This document shows, piece after piece, positions 47,056-54,700 of a DNA stretch of 64,000 bases (positions are counted from its first letter, which is position 1; each line of letters starts with the position of its first letter). This DNA is from an uncultured Candidatus Saccharibacteria bacterium (GTDB lineage Bacteria > Patescibacteriota > Minisyncoccia > Phycocordibacterales > UBA9973). The notes under the pieces were generated by a model. That model was not told the origin of the DNA. It was given only the letters and a program-made list of their open reading frames with translations, and ran no database searches. A program made the translations under genes and the position numbers. The DNA is taken from contig CAZWJU010000004.1 in the NCBI GenBank assembly GCA_964634365.1, positions 3,927-67,926 of the forward strand. The letters are read 5' to 3'.

Positions 47056-47085
47056 GCGTCCATCTGAAAAGGTGGGCGTTTTTTT
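47056..47085 (+). terminator. Intrinsic terminator
   Basis: GCGTCCATCT-GAAA-AGGTGGGCGT followed by a T tract. Confidence 0.7.
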
Positions 47086-47104
47086 ATAAAATTATTGTGT
47101 TAGT

Positions 47105-47800
47105 ATGGATATTATGAAAGAAGGTAAAGTAGAGGTATTTGAATATGTGCAAAATTTAGACCCTGAAGTTCTACGGGCTTGTTTGGATACTCTTGAATCT
47201 AAAAAAGTTTTAATCGGTGAAGGTGGGAATGCTGAAATTTTTTCTGTTGAATCTGGTAGGTATAAAAATATTTGTTTAAAAAAACTTAGAAAAACACCAA
47301 GATTAATTGGTAACGATATTGATACAGAAGTTAATTTTCAAGATGCGCTTATTGATTTGGGGATTCGAACCCCAAAAGTTCTCGCAAGATTGCATGATGT
47401 TGCAAAGAATGAGAAGTACATAATAATGGAGCGAATAAACGGCCCCTCTATTGAGGATATTTTACTTGAAAGGGTGAAGGTTCCAGAAGGTTATAAACAC
47501 AAAGAGTTTTGGAGGAAGATGAAGTCAATAGTTGAAAAGATGCACGAAGAAGGTGATATATATCACAGAGATTTACATGAGGGCAACATAATGATAGATA
47601 CAGAAAATGGATGCGAGCCCGTTATTATAGATTTCGGTACAGCTACTAGAGGTCTGGGAGATGAATATCCGTACGGTGAAGAGGCAATTATAATGGATGA
47701 AAATACAGGTGCTTACACAAAGACAAAAGGATATTACAAGTCTGATGAAAGCAAGATTGCTGGTCTAGAGTACAGGATGAGATTTTACGATAGGTCTTAG
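47105..47800 (+). CDS. Protein kinase-like fold protein
   Basis: GEGGNAEIF glycine loop, catalytic K, HRDLHEGN, DFG. Confidence 0.85.
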   Translation: MDIMKEGKVEVFEYVQNLDPEVLRACLDTLESKKVLIGEGGNAEIFSVESGRYKNICLKKLRKTPRLIGNDIDTEVNFQDALIDLGIRTPKVLARLHDVAKNEKYIIMERINGPSIEDILLERVKVPEGYKHKEFWRKMKSIVEKMHEEGDIYHRDLHEGNIMIDTENGCEPVIIDFGTATRGLGDEYPYGEEAIIMDENTGAYTKTKGYYKSDESKIAGLEYRMRFYDRS

Positions 47801-47852
47801 ATATTGACGTTTTTATATTATAATGTTAGATTATTATTAGAAAAATATAGAT

Positions 47853-48089
47853 ATGAAGCAGTTTGATTTGAAAATCAACCCAAGATTTGAGGTTGAGGTC
47901 TGCAAAAAAGCAGAAGAGATCGTAAAAAGGGGTGAAAAATCCGGATTAATTGACGGTAAGCACCTTGGAGAGCTTAGTGTCTATATTGATGAACCACCGA
48001 CAGATTTTCTTATGATTATCACAGGCCCGGAAAATATGCCTTTGATAGCTGGAAAAAAAATATATGTTGGGGGAAATATAGAAGAGTAG
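47853..48089 (+). CDS. Hypothetical protein (78 aa)
   Basis: ORF with upstream TTGACG-17-TAGATT and a downstream hairpin. Confidence 0.6.
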   Translation: MKQFDLKINPRFEVEVCKKAEEIVKRGEKSGLIDGKHLGELSVYIDEPPTDFLMIITGPENMPLIAGKKIYVGGNIEE

Positions 48090-48187
48090 GCTCCTCAAAG
48101 CCGGATGGACGTAGGTACTGCGACCATTCGGCTTTTACTTTTTCTGGATTTGACCTACAGAGAACTTTCTGGTAAGATAGCCAACAC

Positions 48188-48496
48188 ATGTTAATGATTA
48201 GATTACAACGCACAGGTCGCAAAAACGAAGCGCATTTCCGCGTGGTTTTGACTGACTCAAAAAATAGTGCAAAAAGTGGTAAATTTTTAGAAATTTTGGG
48301 TACTTACAACCCACACGAATCAACTGTAAAATTCAAGCAAGATCGTATTGCTCACTGGATTTCAAACGGAGCACAAGTTTCAGACACAGTACATAATTTT
48401 CTTGTAAAGGAAGGTGCTATAAAGGAAAAGAAAAAGAATGTATTATCAAAGAAATCTCCAACAAAGAAACGCAAAGACCTAAAAGCTGCAAAATAA
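48188..48496 (+). CDS. rpsP: 30S ribosomal protein S16
   Basis: MLMIRLQRTGRKN..FRVV, LGTYNP, GAQVSDTV. Confidence 0.97.
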   Translation: MLMIRLQRTGRKNEAHFRVVLTDSKNSAKSGKFLEILGTYNPHESTVKFKQDRIAHWISNGAQVSDTVHNFLVKEGAIKEKKKNVLSKKSPTKKRKDLKAAK

Positions 48497-48611
48497 AAAG
48501 TACCCCATGTGGGTATTTTTTGTTGACTGTGTTTTATACTTTAGCTACAATCATATATAAAGCAGTCAGTTTGTCGAAGTACTGCGGATTATGAATAGAT
48601 AGAAGATATAT

Positions 48612-48920
48612 ATGCAAGACGATAAAGCATTCTTAGAGTACGTAGTGAAAGCATTAGTAGACAATCCAAACGATGTAAAAATCGATCGCTCAGTCGACGA
48701 GATGGGAGTATTGGTTACTCTTACAGTCAACCAAGCAGATATGGGTAAGATAATCGGCCGCCAAGGCAATACTGCAAAAGCTATCCGAACACTGCTTCGA
48801 GTTATTGGTATGAAAAACAACGCTCGTGTAAACCTAAAAATCAACGAACCAGAAGGTGGAATGCCTCGAGGAACATCTTCATCAGTAGATGAAGCTATGG
48901 AAGATCTAAAAGGAATATAA
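48612..48920 (+). CDS. khpA: KH-domain RNA-binding protein KhpA
   Basis: LVDNP, DMGKIIGRQGNTAKAIRTLL; follows rpsP; promoter TTGACT-17-TACAAT at 48523-48551. Confidence 0.92.
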   Translation: MQDDKAFLEYVVKALVDNPNDVKIDRSVDEMGVLVTLTVNQADMGKIIGRQGNTAKAIRTLLRVIGMKNNARVNLKINEPEGGMPRGTSSSVDEAMEDLKGI

Positions 48921-48933
48921 ATTAAATTTTTAT

Positions 48934-48971
48934 AAAACAAAGACACCTCGCATGCGAGGTGTCTTTGTTTT
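48934..48971. terminator. Hairpin terminator directly abutting the hppD promoter
   Basis: AAAACAAAGACACCTCGC-AT-GCGAGGTGTCTTTGTTTT, then TTGACA-17-TAGCAT at 48974-49002. Confidence 0.8.
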
Positions 48972-49022
48972 ATTTGACAATAGATGAATAGGTAAGTAGC
49001 ATAAGGAAAAAGTTATTTCTAT

Positions 49023-50132
49023 ATGGAACAACAGACGAATTTTCTGCCGATACTTGGCACAGACCACATTGAATTTTATGTCGGCAATGCAAAGCAGGCC
49101 GCATATTATTACCAAAAAGCATTTGGTTTCGAACTTATCGCTTATGCCGGACTTGAGACAGGGTCTCGAGATAAGGCGAGTTATGTTTTAAAACAGGATA
49201 AAGTAATTTTGGTTTTTACTAGTTCATTTGATCCGGAAAGTGATATTTCACAACACGTGAGGATACACGGTGATGGAGTAAAAGTATTGGCACTTTCTGT
49301 GCCGAATGCGGTAAAAAGTTTTGAAGAGACAATAGCTCGTGGGGCTACTAAAGTTATGTCCCCGACGGAACTTTGTGATAAAAGCGAAGGAAGTGTTTCC
49401 GTCTCAGCAATCAAAACTTATGGAGACACAATTCATAAGTTTGTCGATAGAAGTGCATACAAAGGTGTATTTATGCCGGGGTATAAACCCGTTGAAATAA
49501 ATTCAATCACGAAGATTGTCGGCTTTGAATATGTAGATCACTGTGTTGGTAATGTAGAGCTAGGTAAAATGGATGAGTGGGAGAAATTTTATATCGATGT
49601 TATGGGTTTCAAGAATCTCATAACATACGATGACAATGATATTTCTACCGAGTATTCAGCACTTATGAGCAAAGTGGTTACAAATGGAAACGGATACATA
49701 AAGTATCCTATCAATGAGCCAGCTGATAGTCGCAAGAATAAATCTCAGATTCAAGAATATTTGGATTTTTATCGTGGTCCTGGGGTGCAACATATTGCGC
49801 TTGCCACAAAAGATATTATCTACACTGTTTCGCAATTGAGACAAAGAGGGGTGGAATTTTTGCAAGTACCTGAGACCTACTATGAAGATGTGTTGGGTAG
49901 AATGAAGTTCAAAATCAAAGAGGGAATTTCCAAATTGAAAGAACTGAATATTCTGATCGATGAAGACGATCAGGGTTATATGCTCCAGATTTTCACAAAG
50001 CCGGTGACCGATCGCCCGACACTTTTCTTTGAAATAATTCAGCGTCATGGAGCGAAAACTTTCGGCAAAGGGAATTTCAAAGCGCTTTTCGAAGCAATCG
50101 AGAGGGAACAGTCTCTTAGGGGGAATTTGTAA
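49023..50132 (+). CDS. hppD: 4-hydroxyphenylpyruvate dioxygenase
   Basis: DHIEFYVGNAKQAA, HGDGVK, DHCVGN, SQIQEYL...GPGVQHIAL, LQIFTKP, FFEIIQR, FGKGNFKALFEAIE. Confidence 0.96.
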   Translation: MEQQTNFLPILGTDHIEFYVGNAKQAAYYYQKAFGFELIAYAGLETGSRDKASYVLKQDKVILVFTSSFDPESDISQHVRIHGDGVKVLALSVPNAVKSFEETIARGATKVMSPTELCDKSEGSVSVSAIKTYGDTIHKFVDRSAYKGVFMPGYKPVEINSITKIVGFEYVDHCVGNVELGKMDEWEKFYIDVMGFKNLITYDDNDISTEYSALMSKVVTNGNGYIKYPINEPADSRKNKSQIQEYLDFYRGPGVQHIALATKDIIYTVSQLRQRGVEFLQVPETYYEDVLGRMKFKIKEGISKLKELNILIDEDDQGYMLQIFTKPVTDRPTLFFEIIQRHGAKTFGKGNFKALFEAIEREQSLRGNL

Positions 50133-50140
50133 AATTGAAT

Positions 50141-50174
50141 AATAAAAAAGCGGTCTTTTGACCGCTTTTATTTT
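50141..50174. terminator. Bidirectional terminator
   Basis: AAAAGCGGTC-TTTT-GACCGCTTTT. Confidence 0.75.
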
Positions 50175-50183
50175 GAATATTTT

Positions 50184-50471
50184 TTACAATAAATTCAAAG
50201 CCCATACCTCCCTCGTGTGAAGGTCGTCGAAGTATCCTTCGACCCTCACTTCTATGTTTTTTTCGAGTAGTTCTTCTATCTGAGAGCTGACCTCAGGATC
50301 GGCTCGCAAGAAGACCTTATTGTCTGGGGAACCTATGTATCCCACATACTTGCCTTCTTTCCCGAAGTCCTCTTTTATGATCGTTACGATCAATGTGGGC
50401 TCTTCAGATTTCTGGCATCCACCAAATAACACTCCAATTCCTAAGACAAAGGACAACAACAAATTTTTCAT
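50184..50471 (-). CDS. Putative small lipoprotein
   Basis: MKNLLLSFVLGIGVLFGGC signal peptide with lipobox-like Cys. Confidence 0.6.
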   Translation of the reverse strand: MKNLLLSFVLGIGVLFGGCQKSEEPTLIVTIIKEDFGKEGKYVGYIGSPDNKVFLRADPEVSSQIEELLEKNIEVRVEGYFDDLHTREVWALNLL

Positions 50472-50589
50472 ATGGTTTTTTTTGATCCGCTACCATAATA
50501 ACACATATTTTATATTTTGCAAGTTTTTTGTATGTACAGATTTGCATTTTTTCACTATTGCCTATAACCTTTAATCTATAAACTAATTT

Positions 50590-51264
50590 ATGACATTTCA
50601 CGTAATTACACTTTTCCCCGAAGCTTTTGACTCATATCTAAATGAGTCTATTATTGGGCGTGCGATAAAAGAGAAAAAGATAAAAGTCCTTTTTTATAAT
50701 CCAAGGCTTTTTGTGACTGGAAAGTACAAGAAAGTTTGGCCAGACGGAAACGTTTCTCAAATTGTTGACGATAGACCATATGGTGGAGGTCCGGGTATGA
50801 TAATCCGCGCAGAGCCAGTCGTGAAAGCTGTAGAGAAGGCTTTGAAAAAAATCAAGAAAGGAGGAAAAGTAAAAATAATAAACTTTGTTCCAACAGGAGA
50901 AAAGTTTACAACGGAGTATGCAAAAAAATCTGTAAAAAAATATTCCGATATAGTTTTGATATGCGGGCGCTACGAAGGCATAGATGCTCGTATTGATAAA
51001 ATTTTGAAAACAGAAAAAATCTCGATTGGAGATTATGTGCTAACTGGTGGAGAGCTTCCAGCTATGGTGCTGATAGATTCAATCTCACGCCAAATCAAAG
51101 GAGTGCTAGGTAAACACGACTCACTCGAAGAAGAAAGGGTCTCAAGTAGTGAGTTCTACACTCGCCCTGAAGTTTTAGAATACAAAGGTAAAAAATATAG
51201 AGTTCCGAAAGTGCTAATGGAGGGGGATCACAAGAAAATAGAGCAGTGGAAGAAGGGTAGATAG
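50590..51264 (+). CDS. trmD: tRNA (guanine-N1)-methyltransferase
   Basis: VDDRPYGGGPGM, LICGRYEGIDAR, SIGDYVLTGGELPAM, YTRPE. Confidence 0.97.
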   Translation: MTFHVITLFPEAFDSYLNESIIGRAIKEKKIKVLFYNPRLFVTGKYKKVWPDGNVSQIVDDRPYGGGPGMIIRAEPVVKAVEKALKKIKKGGKVKIINFVPTGEKFTTEYAKKSVKKYSDIVLICGRYEGIDARIDKILKTEKISIGDYVLTGGELPAMVLIDSISRQIKGVLGKHDSLEEERVSSSEFYTRPEVLEYKGKKYRVPKVLMEGDHKKIEQWKKGR

Positions 51265-51291
51265 TTATCAACATCGCTTTTTTATCTATAT

Positions 51292-51320
51292 TTGACAAGC
51301 ATAAAGCAATAAAGTATACT
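51292..51320 (+). promoter_or_regulatory. rpoBC promoter TTGACA-17-TATACT
   Basis: TTGACA agcataaagcaataaag TATACT, about 165 nt upstream of rpoB. Confidence 0.75.
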
Positions 51321-51487
51321 ATCCGTGATTGAAAAGATTGAGTTACGACAGGCTTCAATCTAATTACTAGCCAGAAGCAATTTATAAATTTGCTGAAACA
51401 AACCAATAAAAAGCGTTAGCCTTACACAAAAGGTACTTTTTAGTGCCCTGAGTTTTTATTTTTTTACTCATTAAGCAAAACCAATAC

Positions 51488-54400
51488 ATGTCGACAAAAA
51501 CAAAAATCGAGAAAAAGTATTTTTCAAAATACAAAAAACCACTGGTCGAATTTCCAAACCTACTTGAGACACAACTTGCCTCATACAAATGGCTAATAGA
51601 ACACGGACTAAAAGAAGTGTTCAAAGAATTTTCTCCGATAAACGATTATTCAGAGAAAAAATTCATGCTTGAGTTCACATCGTTTTCTCTTGGTGAACCA
51701 AAGTTTGATGAATATTATGCAAAAGCAAACAAGCTTACTTACGATGCTCAGCTAAAAGCTCGCGTAAAGCTTATGAATAAAACTCTAGGTGGATCATCAA
51801 AGGAACAAGAAATTTTCCTTGCTGATATCCCACTTATGACAGATCACGGTACTTTTATTATAAACGGTGTAGAGCGTGTGATCGTATCACAGCTTGCACG
51901 AAGTTTCGGTGTATTTTTTACAGACCTTGATCTAAAAGGTAAAAAACTTTTTGGTGCGAAAATAATCCCAGCTCGTGGCGTATGGATTGAAATTGAATCC
52001 GATGCCGATGGGGTTCTATATGTGCGTATTGATAAAAAGCGAAAGTTCTCGATTACTTCGCTTCTTCGTGTTTTAGGTTTTACTGATGAGGCAATGCTTT
52101 CTGCTGCAACCACTGACGAAGCTCGTCATATATTGAAACTCTCGATAGAAAAAGATCCAGCAAAAACATCTGACGAATCTTTCATAGAAATATACAAGCG
52201 TCTTAGAGATGGAGATCTAGCTACTACAGAAAATGCAAAGGATTTTATAAATTCTCTATTTTCTCCTGAGAGATACGACCTATCTCCAGTTGGAAGATTT
52301 AGATTCAACAAGCGTTTTGGAAAGCCGATGACAGACAAGGATCTAGAACGCCGAACAATATCAAAAGAAGACTTGATGGTTATAGTTGAACACATCATAT
52401 CTCTAAACAACACTCCAAACTCTAAAGCAGACGATATCGACCACTTGGGTCAACGTCGTGTTAGATATGTTGGTGAATTGCTACAGCAAAAAATCCGTGT
52501 TGGTATGACACAGATCAAGAGAAATATTCAAGATCGTATGTCTACAATCGATGTTGCTACAGCTCTACCGATAAACATAATCAACCAGCGCCCACTTCAG
52601 GCTCGCATAAAAGAATTCTTCACAACAAACCAGCTTTCTCAATTCATGTCACAAGAGAACGTATTGAACGAGGTTGAACACTTGCGTATTTTGTCTGCAC
52701 TTGGACCAGGAGGTCTAACTCGTGAGCGCGCAGGTTTGGAAGTTCGTGACGTACACACATCTCACTATGGTCGTGTTTGCCCTATTCATACACCAGAAGG
52801 TCCGAACATCGGTCTTATACTTCACCTATCTACTTATGCTCGAGTAAATGATTTCGGTATTATCGAAACACCATATGCAAAAGTAAAAAATGGAGTAATC
52901 ACAAAAGAGATAGTTTACTTGAACGCTCTAGAAGAAGAGCAATACAACATCGCTCACTCTGGTATCAAATACACAGAAGACGGAAAAATAGTAGATGAAA
53001 TGGTAGAAGCTCGTATAAAAACTGAGCCAGGTCTTGTCGCACGCAATGAAATAGATTTTATAGACGTAGCAACAAACCAAGCTTTCTCTATCGCTACATC
53101 TATGATTCCTTTCTTGGAAAACGATGACGCTAACCGTGCACTCATGGGAAGTAACATGCAAAAACAAGCTATGGCATGTGTTCGCCCAGAAGCTCCACTT
53201 GTAGCTACAGGTATGGAAGAGCTCGCATCACGATATTCAGGAAGATTGGTAGTTGCAAAAGAAGATGGTGAAGTTACATACGTTGATGCAAAGAAAATAA
53301 CTGTTGAAAATTCTAAAGGTAAAAAGGAAGACTACAATCTCATGTCTTTCCAGAGAACAAACAACTTCAGTTCTTTCCACCAGCGTCCTAGTGTTTCTAT
53401 AGGAGACAAGGTAAAGAAAGGGATGATTTTGGCTGATACTTCTACAACAGCACATGGACAAATTGCACTCGGACAAAATGCATTGATTGCTTTCATGTCA
53501 TGGAACGGATCAAACTACGAGGATGCGATAATTTTGTCTGAACGTCTTGTAAAAGAGAGTAAGTTTACATCTATATATATAGAAGAGTTCGTATGTATAG
53601 TTCGTGATACAAAACTTGGCCCAGAAATCACTACTCGCGATATTCCAAACGTTGGAGAAATAAAACTAAAAGACCTAGACGAAGACGGTATAGTTCGTGT
53701 TGGTGCTGAGGTTCGTGAAAACGATATTCTTGTAGGTAAGATCACTCCAAAAGGAGAAACAGAACTTACTGCAGAAGAGCGCTTGCTACGATCTATCTTC
53801 GCTGAAAAAGCTCGTGATGTAAAAGATACATCACTTCGCATGGAACACGGAAAACGTGGACGTATCATAGGTGTAAAAATCTTTTCTCGCGATCAAGGTC
53901 ACAATCTAGAAAGTGGAATCATCAAAAAAGTTGTGATTGAAATTGCACAAATCAGAAATATATCAGTTGGAGACAAGCTCGCAGGACGTCACGGTAACAA
54001 GGGCGTTATCTCAATTATCCTACCAGAAGAAGAAATGCCTTTCATGGCTGACGGTACTCCAATAGATATAGTACTTACTCCACTCGGTGTGCCTTCTCGT
54101 ATGAACTTAGGACAAATCCTAGAGATGCACTTGGGTTACGCTGCTAACGCGCTTGGATATCAGGCTGTTGTGCCATCTTTCTGTGGAGCAACTATCGAAG
54201 AAATCAAAGGCGAGCTTGTAAAAGCTGGTATGCCAGAGAGCGGAAAGATGAAGCTATACGATGGAAGAACTGGAGAAGAGTTTGAGCAAGATATCGCAGT
54301 TGGATATATGTATATCTTGAAACTTCACCACATGGTGGAAGACAAGATCCATATGCGTTCTATCGGAGCATACTCACTTATTACACAACAACCACTCGGA

Positions 54401-54679
54401 GGTAAGGCTCAAGGTGGAGGACAGAGATTCGGAGAAATGGAGGTGTGGGCACTTGAAGGTTACGGAGCGTCACACATACTACGCGAAATGATCACTATAA
54501 AGTCTGACGATATCATGGGAAGATCTGCAACATTCGATTCGATTATCAAAGGTGAAGAAATGTTGCCACCAAATGCCCCAGCATCGTTCAATGTATTGTT
54601 AAATTACTTGAGAGGATTGGCACTCAACGTAGATCTTAAAAAGAGAGGTCGAACTAAAGAAAAATTAAACGGCGCTTAG
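51488..54679 (+). CDS. rpoB: RNA polymerase beta subunit
   Basis: GTFIINGVERV, TPEGPNIGL, NRALMGSNMQ, GDKLAGRHGNKG, GGQRFGEME. Confidence 0.99.
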   Translation: MSTKTKIEKKYFSKYKKPLVEFPNLLETQLASYKWLIEHGLKEVFKEFSPINDYSEKKFMLEFTSFSLGEPKFDEYYAKANKLTYDAQLKARVKLMNKTLGGSSKEQEIFLADIPLMTDHGTFIINGVERVIVSQLARSFGVFFTDLDLKGKKLFGAKIIPARGVWIEIESDADGVLYVRIDKKRKFSITSLLRVLGFTDEAMLSAATTDEARHILKLSIEKDPAKTSDESFIEIYKRLRDGDLATTENAKDFINSLFSPERYDLSPVGRFRFNKRFGKPMTDKDLERRTISKEDLMVIVEHIISLNNTPNSKADDIDHLGQRRVRYVGELLQQKIRVGMTQIKRNIQDRMSTIDVATALPINIINQRPLQARIKEFFTTNQLSQFMSQENVLNEVEHLRILSALGPGGLTRERAGLEVRDVHTSHYGRVCPIHTPEGPNIGLILHLSTYARVNDFGIIETPYAKVKNGVITKEIVYLNALEEEQYNIAHSGIKYTEDGKIVDEMVEARIKTEPGLVARNEIDFIDVATNQAFSIATSMIPFLENDDANRALMGSNMQKQAMACVRPEAPLVATGMEELASRYSGRLVVAKEDGEVTYVDAKKITVENSKGKKEDYNLMSFQRTNNFSSFHQRPSVSIGDKVKKGMILADTSTTAHGQIALGQNALIAFMSWNGSNYEDAIILSERLVKESKFTSIYIEEFVCIVRDTKLGPEITTRDIPNVGEIKLKDLDEDGIVRVGAEVRENDILVGKITPKGETELTAEERLLRSIFAEKARDVKDTSLRMEHGKRGRIIGVKIFSRDQGHNLESGIIKKVVIEIAQIRNISVGDKLAGRHGNKGVISIILPEEEMPFMADGTPIDIVLTPLGVPSRMNLGQILEMHLGYAANALGYQAVVPSFCGATIEEIKGELVKAGMPESGKMKLYDGRTGEEFEQDIAVGYMYILKLHHMVEDKIHMRSIGAYSLITQQPLGGKAQGGGQRFGEMEVWALEGYGASHILREMITIKSDDIMGRSATFDSIIKGEEMLPPNAPASFNVLLNYLRGLALNVDLKKRGRTKEKLNGA

Positions 54680-54700
54680 TAATCTAAAAAAATAAAATTT

